A stretch of DNA of 64,000 bases, from positions 310,001-374,000 of the forward strand of contig JAYWIR010000033.1 of the NCBI GenBank assembly GCA_036172245.1, in the 5' to 3' direction. A program made the translations under genes and the position numbers. Positions 23,352 to 35,008 of the stretch are shown in pieces; position 1 is the first letter of the stretch, and every line of letters begins with the position of its first letter. Under the pieces are notes generated by a model. It did not search any database and had not been told where the DNA came from. It was given only the letters and a program-made list of their open reading frames with translations. Origin of the DNA: Raillietiella orientalis (lineage: Eukaryota).

Positions 23352-25760
23352 AATCGAACTTCTTGCGGAGGTCGACTGCGACCGTCAAGGCACCTAACGT
23401 TCCATGCTACCTCCGGCGCCTGTTCTTGCCTTGTTCTTCTTGTTCTTCCAGACAGGCTTTGCTGTTCCACATCTTTCTGCAGCTGCATCCAGGTACGCGC
23501 GAAAAGGATGTTCGCCTCCATGGATCGTTCGGGATCCGCGTAGGTCTGTTCCGGGCTCACCACAGATTCCGCAATACTTTCTAACCGCGCGACTCAAGAC
23601 GTCCGAGTTCACCAAGGTGATCGGACGCCAGCTGTCAAGTCAGCGCAAGTCTCCGCCTTTCGGCAGGAGACGCACCTTCGCTGGGCGGAAGGAATCCGGG
23701 ATATTCCCGGATTCACTCATCAGCATCGCGACTCTGAGCATCAAGAGGATGAGCTCCACTGCAGAGCAATGATAAAACTCGGCAGGGAGCTCATCCTCGC
23801 CTGACGCCTTTTGTCTCTTGAGCCCAGCGATGGCGGACGAGAATTCATCCGCCGTGAAGGGCTCGTTGAGACATTCGCGTAACTCCTCGCCGACGACAGG
23901 AGCATCCTGCGATAGGAGCATCTTAAAGAGAATATTTTTCGTCAAGGATTCAGCGTACAGCGAGGAGTAGTAGCGTCTCACAATGCGGAGTCCTTCGGCT
24001 GGAGCCAAAGATTCCTGACCCTTGTCGTCCAACAGGCATGCTGGTCTGGACTGCCAGACCTGGCGCTCAGCCTTCACCTTGTACTCTGCGAGACGCATGA
24101 CATTCGCTTTGTCTAAACAACGTGCGTGCCTGCAGAAAGTCTCTGCTGTTGGCCACGCCTTCTCCGAAACCGCGTAGAAGCCGGTGCAAGGGGAATTGGC
24201 AGCAGAAATCGCGGACAGATCTTTTGAGATCGTCCAAGTTCGCGAGTTATTGAATGGCGAAGCCTCGGAGTTGTTCACGGAGATGTTCCGCAGCCTCCGA
24301 CTGGCTAAGCCAATCCACCTTCATTTCCTAGTTTTACAACGAAGGCCCCTTGACTGGCGGAAGGAGCTCAAACTCCATCCTGTAGTGATCAGAAAGCTCG
24401 GTCAACCATCTTCCTGTCCTACCCACACGCGAATGCTGGTTTTCATCGAGAAAGACGTGATCAAGCGATCTTTTTATTTTAGGTTCCCTGACCATCAAGT
24501 GGGAGGCGTGCACCGACGCGCACATTTCGATGGGCAGCACTTGCTTTCTGGGGCGGCTCCAATCGTCGGACAGAAGTTGGACGTTGAAGTGCCCCGCGAC
24601 GGAATGAGCCACTTGGGGGCCGGAGTTGTTGAACCAGTGGCTCTGCACATCACCAAAGAAAGCTACTCTTTCTTCGAGGTAGCGAGAGCCACTCGGCGCG
24701 TAGACGTTCGTAACGACGAGATCGATGGACTCGGACCACTTGATGACAAGCTGGCCTATCCGTCCGTCGTCATCAAAACGAACACTACGCTCCGCTTCCG
24801 CCATTTTTCCTCTTACGAGGAACGCGACGCCGCACGTGTGTGCGCCGCCGCACCGCCAATGTAGCGTTCCGCCTGCGCGCTCCTCGATTTCGACTGCCTG
24901 CTCGTCGGAGATTAGGTGAATCTCCTGCAGGAGCGCGAGGTCGAAGGGGCGCAGGGCGTTGGCTACTAATCGCCTCTTCTCGTCGTTCTGTAGTCCGTTC
25001 ACGTTCCAATACGTTACAGACAGACGACGAGAAGACGCGATTAACCGCATTACTGCTGGGAAGGTGGCGGCTGTTTGCTCGCTTTATCCGGCGAGCAGAC
25101 GGCGAGCAGCACCACTGGCTGGAGGGGACGGTCGCCACCGTGCTCTGTCGTGCTGCATGCATGTAATGCCTCCACGCCAGGCTTAACCCCGTCGGGTTTC
25201 GTGGAGACTTCGCGGGGCTTCGCGGCTAGCGTTACCTGGCTGCCTACTTTTGATCGGCGCGCACACGCTTTTGAACGAATTGTCCTCGTCTCGGTGATCG
25301 GAACGGCATCCATTTCAGAGTCCGACCGGCGCATGTTCGATCGGGTTTCGGCCTTCCGCGAAGTAGTGACAGGTTCTGCTGAATAGACAGCTGTCCTGTT
25401 GTCATTTTCCGTCACCCGAGCATCGCTTTTGGTGACGGCTGCTTTCCCGGCGCGCGCGTTTTCAGCGTGCTCACGCGCAGTTGCACGAGGGACCTTTGCT
25501 GAAGTCTTCTTTACTTCATTACGGTTCCTCACTTCGCGTATCGCCGTAAATGGAGATTGTGCTCCATTGCCATCTTTGAAGCCATCCGCGTCTTTGGACG
25601 TGAGCACTTCCGATGGCTCCTACACGCTCGTCATGGGCGCTGCCTACGGAGATTTCGGACTGGATGTCGAAAATCTCCGCCACGAATGAGTCGTCCATGG
25701 CAGCCGGGAAGACCTTCTGGCCACGGATCGACAACGGGGTGCGAAACAAGCGTTGGACAT
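23352..25760 (-). mobile_element. LINE Z, 5' half (deleted ORF1, endonuclease, linker, RT up to AVDLRK.FD)
   Basis: ORFs 25050..25607, 24334..25050, 23640..24278 (LNEPFTADEFSSAI, LLPKGGDLR) and 23318..23563. Confidence 0.88.
24334..25050 (-). CDS. Apurinic-type (APE) endonuclease domain of LINE ORF2, open for 238 aa
   Basis: YWNVNGL, LLQEIH, NVYAPSG, AGHFNV (GDFN altered), LDHVF and SDHY motifs in the expected order. Confidence 0.9.
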   Translation of the reverse strand: MRLIASSRRLSVTYWNVNGLQNDEKRRLVANALRPFDLALLQEIHLISDEQAVEIEERAGGTLHWRCGGAHTCGVAFLVRGKMAEAERSVRFDDDGRIGQLVIKWSESIDLVVTNVYAPSGSRYLEERVAFFGDVQSHWFNNSGPQVAHSVAGHFNVQLLSDDWSRPRKQVLPIEMCASVHASHLMVREPKIKRSLDHVFLDENQHSRVGRTGRWLTELSDHYRMEFELLPPVKGPSL

Positions 25761-25769
25761 TCTAACTGA

Positions 25770-26900
25770 CCAAGCGGAACCGACGGCGATAGACGAACCC
25801 AGGTGTTATTCCTGAGAAAGCAGCGCTGCGGCGTTTGTCACCTGTTGAGGCGGGACGCTAGGAGGAGGAGGAGGGTGCGTCGTGCACCTGGTCCCTCTCC
25901 CTCATGGGTGCCGCTGCGTCACGCGGGTAACCCGTAGGTGCAGTCGCCCCTAACTGGTCGCCCACATCGATGCGGACGAGCTCTTCAGGATCGGCGCAAT
26001 CTGGAGGCGCTTCACCCCTCTGCTCACCCTATTCGATCTAGGTGACCTGCTCGGCTGCTTCCAAGCGTAGAAGGTCTTTGTCTGGAATTCCCTTGCGAGC
26101 GAAGGCTTCTGCGTTCTCCTCCTCGCTAGCGGAAGGGAGATGTCTCCTGGGTTTTTGGGACTTTCGTTCTGACTTCCGGTGGATGCCTCAGAGAAGGACG
26201 ATGCACTTCCGGCCCCCAGGTTGCATTCACCTGCGGGATCCTTCTTCGGTGGAGTTGGCCTTCTCACGTCCTTGCGTGAGAAGTTCTCATGTTCGGCCAG
26301 CGTGTCCGCGAGCTCCTCCGCCGCCTTCGCGAATGCGGCGTCTTCACCTTCCGACGGCGCATCGTCCACCACACCCTCTGTGCAAACAGAGGGTTCGACG
26401 TCGCATACCTCGGACGCGGCGAAAACGGCGACGGGAGGCTCGTCGCTTCGGGTGGCTGCCTCCGGAATGTCAACGCACTCCAGTGCCCCCGAACACTGAC
26501 CGAATTTTTCGGGACGCCAAATTTTCGTATTTCAAGCGCCGATGGCGACCTTCTCCGCTTTGTCTGATGCCTTTTTGTGAAGTTTTTTCTTTGTGGTCTT
26601 AACCAGCTGCCAACCCTCCTGGACTCTCTAGTCTTCGAAAGTTTTTTCCTCCGATGCTTGCGTGGGAGGAAGAAAGGATGGCGGCTGCTTTTGGCCGGAT
26701 TCTCTCTTTGGAATTTTGTTCAATTTACCTCGCTTAGCCTGCGCCTTTTTGGCGGTGGAGTGGGGCGCTTAGGGCACACACAACCTTTTCCCTGCATAAG
26801 TGGCACACAATTTTCGAGCAACTGTTTCAAAGGGGCCCTATTGCATTGCATTAGACACAAAAGTGGGGTTTCCCTACATACCAGAGGTCTACAGATTCGT
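25770..26900 (-). mobile_element. LINE ORF1 remnant (degenerate knuckles and C-terminal region)
   Basis: VGKPHFCV*C...CHLC near 26875-26790; EDAAFAKAAEELADTL in 25950..26372. Confidence 0.6.
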
Positions 26901-27059
26901 TACACTTTCAGTTTGTGAGGAAGCCTACAATCCTGTTTCACGGGGACACGCGCCGCGGCCTGGCCATCAAAAAGGCTATCGTGAGTTTGTGCCACAACGC
27001 GTGCACATCTCCAAATTTTTACAATTCTTTACTAATTGTGTACCGGGTCATGCAGATGG

Positions 27060-30000
27060 TGAACGCCGTGATACGACCAAGATCTCCAGCCAGCAGTGCT
27101 GCATACCTTTCGCACATCGGTAAAAGCGGGCAAAAAGCCGCCGTCTTCCCCGTATTAATGCCGGAAATCCCTTCTTCTCGACGCCTGTCCGTCGCGTGTT
27201 GGAACGTGAACGGACTGCACAACGACGAGAAGAGGCGATTGGTTGCTAACGCCCTTTGCTGCTTTCACCTCGCGCTCCTGCAGGAGATTCATGTAATCTC
27301 CGACGAGCAGGCTGCCGAAATCGAGAAGCGCGTAAGCGGAGCGCTACTTTGACGCTGCGCCGACGCACACGCGTGCGGCGTCGCGTTCCTTGTAAGAGGA
27401 AAACTGGCAGAAGCAGTGCGTGCTTTTCGTTTCGACAACGGCGTACGGGCGGGTCAACTTGTTGCCATGAGGTCCGATCCATCGATCTCATCGTGACGAA
27501 AACCTACGCACTCAATGTCTCTCGCTTCCTCGAAGATAGAATTGCTCATTTCCTCTTCAAGGAAGTGAAATCTCACAGGCTCAACAACTACAGATCTCAA
27601 GTGAATCACCTCGAAGCAGGGAACTTTAGCGTTCATCTGCTCTCTAACGAATCAAGCTACTCGCGGAAGCGCACGTCGGTCAGCTAGATATGCGCGTCAG
27701 TACGCGCTCCCAACTTGATGGTTGCGTACCTCAGATGGAAAGGTCGCAGGATCAGATTTTTCCGATGTCAACCTGCAATTTCGTGTGGAAATTAGAGGAA
27801 AATTGCCGCTCGCTTCTTATGACCATCACAGGTTGGAGATCGAGCTCCTTTTTCCAGGCAAGGAACCTTCGTTAAAAAACTGTAGGATGCCGGCGGACTG
27901 TCTTACACATCAGGAGGCGGCGGATCATCTACCTCAGCATCTCCGCACCTTCGTCATCCGCGAACTCGTGGAATGGCATCATTTAAAAAGATCAGTCCGC
28001 AAGTTCTGCGAAATGTTCCCCTTGCACCGGCTTCCGCGGGGCTTTGGAGAAGAGGTCGCCAACAGCAGGACTTGGCTGCAGGCGCGCACCTTTTCCAGAC
28101 GCGCTGATGTCATCCGGCTTGCAAAACACTAGGCGAGAGGCGAGCGCCATGTCTGGCAGTCTGGAGCATTTTGCTTGCTCGAAGAAAGAGACCTGGAATG
28201 CTCTGCACCAGCCGATATTCGCCTCAATATGAGACGTTATTACTGTTTGCTATACGCGGAAGCGCCTACTAAAAATATTCTTTCATAGATACTATTGTCG
28301 GAGGATGCTCCTTTTGTTGGCGAAAGGCAGCCCTCATATCTCGGAAAGTTCTTCACGGCGCAGGAAATTACCTCCGCTATCGCGGAACTCAAGAGAAGAA
28401 AAGCACCAGGAAAGGATGGGCTGCTTGCGGAGTTTTATCAGTGCTTTGCAACGGAGATTGCCTCCCTGGTGCTCAGCCTCTCGTCGCTGATGAGGCTTTT
28501 GTTGGATGTCCCCAACTCCTTCCGCTTAGCGAGGGCGCGTGTCCTACCGAAAGGTGGACACGCACGCCATCTGAACGACAGTCGTCCTATCACCATGGTG
28601 AAATCGGAAGTCAAGTTCTCCATATTCTGGGTTGCGCGCTTAGGGAGCTTCGCGCAGTCCTTTGTAAGCCCGTAGGAGACTTATGCTGTTCCCGGGCGGT
28701 CCATGGACGCGAAATCTTGTTTGCTTACACCTGGATTAAGCTGCAGGAGCGCGTAGCGCAGCAAAGCCGATCCGTGTCAAAGGCAGCTGCCAAAGGCACC
28801 CGGTATCGACACAAGCGGCAGGAGGGTACTTGGGATGCCATGATGGTCGCATTCGACCTTCACAGGTCTTTCGATTGCTTAAACCAAGGACTCTTATTGA
28901 AGCTCTTGGAACCTCTGGATCTCCCGGCGCAATTCCTGGAGTACTTGCGCGCTTGCGGGCGCCACGCGCTAACCTGCATTTCTTTTAGCGGCTTCCACGC
29001 GTTTCTTATTCCCGCGCTCAGGGGCATGAGGCAGGGTGACAGTTTGAGCCCGTTGCTCTCCAGGATCTTCTTTGAGTTGGTGCTGAGAGCGTACAGGCTG
29101 ACGCTGGCCAACCTGCCGAGCTCTTGTCCAGGAACGCCGTCCGTGGAGGCCTATGCTGACGACCTGCTTCTTTTTTTACCCATGTCGAACCCTGCGTCCA
29201 GTGTCAAAGATTTCATCGAACTGGTTCGACGGTGAGCGCACATGAATGTGAACCGGGAGAAGAGCGTGGTCGTTCCTGTAAGTACGTCGCGGGAGGGGCA
29301 GTCCGACTGGATCCGCCTGGGGATCCCCACGGGCGGCTACTTTAAGCATCTTGGCGTTCCGTTGGGCACTATCGTCTCAGCCGAAGCGTGGACGGACTGC
29401 CTTCATTAGGCAGAGTTGACCGCCATCCCGTTCATTAACGGCAGGTTCACCTCGCAGGAACGGGCATCTACTTACCACACCTTCGTAAGCCTCCTCCTCT
29501 GGCCCCTTTTCTTTGTCTTGGACTTCTCTTACTTGGCAAAAAGCAAGCAAAACGCCTGCTAAAGAACGCTCTCTGGGGTCAGACGCGATCCAATAGCCGC
29601 TTTAAAGACCTCAGTGCTAAACACGTTGGTATGCCGGTCTTGGCATCCTTACGATGCAGAGAATCGGACTGAAAGTGCATTTGTGGATGCTGAGAAGAAT
29701 ACAACCGAGAAGTGTTGCCACAGTTCTTCCAACTAAAAGGACATATGATGGCTATGACGATTTCGACAGTCGGTTGTATTCGCGCCATCTTCATGGTCCC
29801 AAACGTGCTGGAGAACACTGGCCAGCAATGCTGTCACGAGGATGGCAGCCGACCTCATCAGTGCGGCCGATAAGTGGCGACAATTGAGCGAAAAAATAAC
29901 AAAGGAGCTCATCTTCATCCATCCCTTTATAAGGCACGGATTGGAACGACGAACCTAAATCCATTCCTTTTAAACTGCACTTTTATTGTCGCGTTATTCC

Positions 30001-30264
30001 TTTCATTTGCTCCGTAGTGCATTTGTGCCTCCACTCTGTTTTTTTGGTGACTGGGGAGCGTCACCAAAGTTCTTTGGCCCATTCCTCTCATAAATGTTTT
30101 TCATTTTAGTTTCAAGACCTCTTCTTACACATTCTTTAGGTTTTTTTTGTTTTTCTGGTCTGCCTGCCAGTGCAGTATTTCCGTTGCTGGTTTTTTGTAG
30201 TCCCTGGCAAGAAACAACTGTTTTTAGCTAGTTTAGCTTAATAAACAAACCGGCGAGACAGGGT
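27060..30264 (+). mobile_element. Decayed LINE: ORF1 end, EN, RT, deleted C-terminus, 3' end
   Basis: TAATG at 27156; ACWNVNGLHND, KAPGKDGL.AEFY, GMRQGDSLSP and EAYADDLL motifs. Degenerate terminal motif at 30240-30264. Confidence 0.88.
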
Positions 30265-30696
30265 ATAAAACTTTAACGTTCGCCTGAAACCAGATGGGCA
30301 GAATCATGAGCAAGACCTGGTCAACAAGATGTGCATGGCGGTGCACACCTGTAATTTGTTTGCCAGTAACCTTGAATGGAGGACAGGTCCGCACACGTTT
30401 ACCTTGACGAGCAGCTGTGATCTCGCTTGGGCAGGCGCGGCAAGTTACCTTGCGAGCTGTCTGACCATCGCCCAATCGTGCTCCAGGTTCATCCCCGCGA
30501 CACGGGTCATCCCTCGTCAGCGTGGCGTCTTCCTGTGGACCGGCTAGAGATCATGGACGCGAAGGAACTTCTCCGCTTGTTCATACAGAGCTTCTGAATA
30601 CGGACATTCCGGGTCTGGGACCGCTTCGAGAGGGCAATCCAGGAATTCTGGGACCAGTTCCCTGTGCTCCGCCTACCAGAGGGTTTTTGGATTTCC
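30265..30696 (+). mobile_element. LINE endonuclease C-terminal half and linker fragment
   Basis: FNVRL, VNKMCMAVHTCNLF and QFPVLRLPEGF; similar to 59670-60104. Confidence 0.7.
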
Positions 30697-32120
30697 ACCC
30701 GGTAACGCTTGAGACGTTTATTTAGGAACTCTACCAAAAACGTGGTATAAGGCCCCATTAGCGGTCACACAACACCGGAACTCCCGGGATGCCGGGACGC
30801 AACCCGGTATGACTCTCCTTGGCAGTGCAATGGGATGAAAGAAAAACAGAAAGTAAAATAAAAAATTAGAAAACTAAAAAGAGTTTGCAGGAAGGGAAAG
30901 GGATCACTCTCTACTCTGAAGAGAGATCATTCTTCGCAGGATGTCTTCAAGATCTTTCTGCATTTTTCTTAGCTGCGGTCATTTTGTAGCTCACCGCATG
31001 AAGCAGAGCGCATATAGGATGACAGGCCTCTCGTTTGGATCCACTCCTTCGTCGTGGGTATCACTCAAGGCAGCCACGTGGCCACGGATACAGCAAAGTG
31101 CTTCCATCGCTGAGGCTGTCTGCAGGGTTTCTTACACGAACAGATGCCGGAAAACGTCTCTGGGTTCGCTGTATAACAGAAGCCCGAGGGTCGTCCCAAA
31201 CCGCTTCCATAGGAGTCAGAGGGCAGCACAGTCTACAGGAAGTTGAGGGAACGATTGCCGCTTTTCGCGCCTGGCACAATCAGGATTCACAGCTATTCTT
31301 TTCCAGTGGAAGCGGCACGCGTTGCATGGTAGACCACAGCAGCAGCTCGACTCTTGCCATTTCATCAGCAAAATCCTGGATCCAATAAGAAGTGGGAGCC
31401 ACTTCATCTTATTCGTCGGGATGGCGAGCGTTTCATCCAATCTGGAAAGTTCACGCGGTAGGATACTCGGGGTCGCGGAATCTTACAGCTCTCCTATGTT
31501 CCATCCTCTCATCAAGTTCTTATATCCCGCTTTGCAGCAGGAAACTTGCCACCTTGGCGTCTGGCTGCTGTGAAGTGTCCCCCTCAGGTAGGGCAGCGCC
31601 GTAGTTAGGCAGGTGGTCTCTGTTCACGTGCTTTTAGCGGGACACTCTAATAGGATCCTCAGGGTACAGCGGGCTTAGGCACCGCATCGCAGGCGATTCC
31701 ACGTCTCGTGGCTTCCCTGGTTTACTACAGCCCGGGTGTCAATAGTCTTCTCCAGCCAGGCGGCGAAGTTGGCAGGGCAGTAAACCATCCAGCTGTTCTT
31801 TTTCTCCAGCGTTGCCATGCTTCCGAGCAGTAGGTCGCATCTTAGAATCCTCCGTCCGCGGCACAGAAGAAAAGACGCGAGTCCTTCGCACCGAGACACA
31901 AGTCTGGCAAGGAGGCGGGACGAAATGCAGCAAGAAGTGCATCTCATCTTCTCCGCAATGACCATGGTGCGCAATCGCAGCAGAATCTCGAGGCGTTCCA
32001 GCGTCAGGAGACCAAGACCGCCATCCCGACGCGGAGCTCCTAAATCCTTTAGAGGCACTCTTGGTGTCCCGCTGCACCAGAGGGCGATGCGTGGTAAGTC
32101 CTTAGTCCTCTGCTTCAACA
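30697..32120 (-). mobile_element. LINE V, copy 1 (ORF2 C-terminus and 3' end)
   Basis: LKDLGAPRRDGGLGLLTLERL and HWKRIAVNPDCAR motifs. Terminal motif at 30722-30697. Confidence 0.85.
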
Positions 32121-32212
32121 ACCCTGTAATTCTTCAGATTACAGGGTCTAGAACAAAATACTACAAGCCAACAGCGAACACAGCAACATTCTAAGACCTC
32201 GAGCATGATAGT

Positions 32213-33121
32213 ATGAATTTCCTAAAGCTGTTGCTCGTCGTAATCTTTCAGGTGATTGCTCATACGTTTTTTCATGCTTATATTCCGGACGATATAAAGT
32301 TGGAAGCAGACTTTATCTCACAAAGAGTGCACTGCGACAGAAAACAAACAGATGCTTCCATCCAAGTACAAAACAAATGTATTTTTCGCTGTTGAGGATT
32401 CGTAGAAGAACATGCCGTATTGATGGTGGCGATTTCAAGAACTGAACTCAATCTTGGCGAGCAATGTGACCCGATTAACTTCGGATTGAAAACGGTGTCC
32501 AGGAAAGTGAAATAAGCTGATGATATTCGAACCCAGTTTTCCGAGATATTCATGTCAGCTACCATTTCTCCTCAAGATACCGTCCATATAATTAGCAGCG
32601 AGGCTCCTTACTGCTCTTCAAAGTGTTTTGCTGAAAGTTTTGAACGGAAAGGACACTTCAGAATTGTTAAAAATCCGAGACACCCTACAAACCGTTCTTT
32701 AGTAATAAAGTTACCCGCATCGCATTCTCGTGATAGCAGACGAACCTCTGCGTTAGTCAGCGATCTCCGCAAAAACACACCTGTGGATTCCGAGAGGCAG
32801 GCTGAGTCCCGGGAATCTCGGCATCCCCATGCATGCAATCGTGCGAATGGAATCATTAGGCGATTGCTACGCCAAAGGAGGACCTTTCTTCAGCAAAAGC
32901 GCATTCCAGCTTCCTTTGACTCACCTGTGAGAGAAGCTTCATCTCACCGAAGTGCGGGAGCAACATTGAGAAAACGTTTGTTGTCATCGCCTAGGCGCGA
33001 GCTGCTGGAACGCGATAAGCGCATGCACTTTATTATCCTCAATGTTTTTACCTGTCTACTGCATCATTCTTGCGTCGGTTTTTGCATTTTCGGTGCTGCC
33101 CTAAACCTGCCAGGTGGGTAG
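32213..33121 (+). pseudogene. Possible secreted-protein pseudogene (~300 codons, two internal stops)
   Basis: ORFs 32213..32395 and 32552..33121 are in the same frame with only TGA 32393 and TAA ~32513 between them. Starts MNFLKLLLVVIFQ (signal-like). No recognised domain. Confidence 0.35.
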
Positions 33122-34809
33122 TTTCCTTTATTTCATGCGAATAACCTGAAGCTGAGTAGTAAGTAGAGCACAAGCTGCCTGAGTATGAATCTGAATCGCA
33201 ATTACAGGACGCTGCTTTTGCACTCTCGGGCAGATTCGCTGAAACCTCGGAAAACAGCGACTTCCATGCCTTGTTAGGAATGTCACCTTGGATGTTTTCG
33301 TGGTTCTACAAACACATCTTCAACTGAGGACTTAGAGTGTAGCACATTTGCAGCCGTGCAACCAGAGAAAAACACGTTCTTGTGATTTCTCTAATCGAAG
33401 AAATTTACGTACTCCTTGCTACTGGAGGTAGAAGATCTGTTATGAATATGCTGTATTTCCTAAATTTCTTTGCAGTTTTAGTGCTAAACTCTCAATGATC
33501 TGCTGCCGTAATTCTTGTTAAAAGCTATGCTTTCCTCCATCTTGGTAACCTACACTTTGAGATTGCGATTATCCATACTAGGCCAGATTTGCATCTGCCT
33601 CCACATATGCAGCAAGCTGTCAGATTTTATTATCTGAATGCAGGAGCAACAAAGGGATTCGCTTGCGCGACGCCCTAGCACATTACTCAAACTTCACACC
33701 ATTGCGTGATTACTCAGGATTATTGGCGTCCTTACTGTTTCATGTGTCCTTTTCCAAAATATCCTAAGCTCCTCCTTGCATTATAGATACATTATGGAAT
33801 GTCTTCCTGATAAATCCTCCTGAATATTCACAAGACTAAGTGCGTGTTCACCTAACGACTGTAATTTTCATTTCATTGCATCCATGTTTGCATATTCGGA
33901 AACTTTCGCACATGCTGAGAATCATAGATCATCAGCCTACTCAAGAATCTCTCACACACCTGGTTTGATTTTGTCGTATTTAGCAATGGTGAGACTTGCT
34001 TTTGGCAGCTTTCCTGCTCACGTGGCCTACACGTGTTGCTTCTGCGCCAGAAACGTTCCGTGTACACTGGGGAGAACGCCTTGCCCCATTTTCACACGTG
34101 TCAGGAGATACACAGATGGAAGCCTCATGTTTGGTTTTCATGTCCACGGCAGAATGTTTTTCTCCCATGTTGCTCTATGTATCATTGGTATGTTCTCTCC
34201 CACTGTCCACGTTTTTCATCAAAGTTCTCATCATGCACCTTTAGGATTGTGTGCACTAGTAAACATAGCAAGACGTTCTAACGCATTAAAGATTCTGGTC
34301 TTGAATCCTTGCAAAATCCGATTAGCGAGTGTTTAATCATGTTTTTTTCATTCTCCCGGGTCGGAGGCCTTGTGGTCAAGGCTTCCGCGTGTAGCACCAT
34401 GCGTTGCGGGCTCGCATATTTCGGCAGCATTTCTGACACCACTGCGTCGTAGGGTTCCGAGTTTCTCCTGCAATGGCGTTGGCTGGCGGCCGATTCATTT
34501 GGGGGTGGCACCAGCGGTGGATTCAGCCAAATGCCCATGATGAAGGCCGAAACAATAGGAAATTGACCTTCGGATCTTCCCAGAAATAAAAAAGTGGTAC
34601 AACAAAGAGCAAACACCCCCACCGGGGACCTCTTCGGTTATAAGATGTAGCAGGAGCCCTCACGGCCAACTCCCCAGTTGTTCAAAGGAGCGGAGACTCC
34701 TCTCTGCGGAGGTACACTCCGAGTCGTCACCTCTTCACAGAGTGCAAGGAAGCCGGCGAGAGCGATTCCCTGCGGGAAGCTGCAGCGCTCCTTCTGAGTT
34801 TCCGAAGAG

Positions 34810-35008
34810 TCCCTTCGGGGTTCTCTTCAGAGTAATGAATAGGAGCGGTTCCCTTGCGGGTTCCCTCTGGAGAAGAAATTCCTACAAGCAATCCTATCCG
34901 GGTTCCCTCAGGAGAAGTTGAAATGGAGAGGTCCATCTTCCTCACAGAGGGTGTCCCTCTGGAGAGAACGAGGAAGGAGATTCCCTTCGGGGTTCCCCTT
35001 CGGAGACT
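34810..35008. repeat. Five degenerate ~18-nt repeats (GGGTTCCCTCTGGAGA-like) at 40-49 nt spacing in a GC-rich patch
   Basis: Copies start at ~34818, 34858, 34900, 34949 and 34990, with dissimilar intervening sequence. Confidence 0.7.

Noticed and set aside
33300..33640. Protein-like minus-strand frame with TAA/TAG near Gln residues, suggesting stop-codon recoding
   Set aside because: About 7 stops per 100 codons is what AT-rich non-coding DNA gives; stops in the LINEs replace varied residues, and TAA terminates ORF1.
34810..35008. CRISPR array
   Set aside because: Repeats are short and degenerate, spacing is irregular, no cas genes are present, and the context is eukaryotic.
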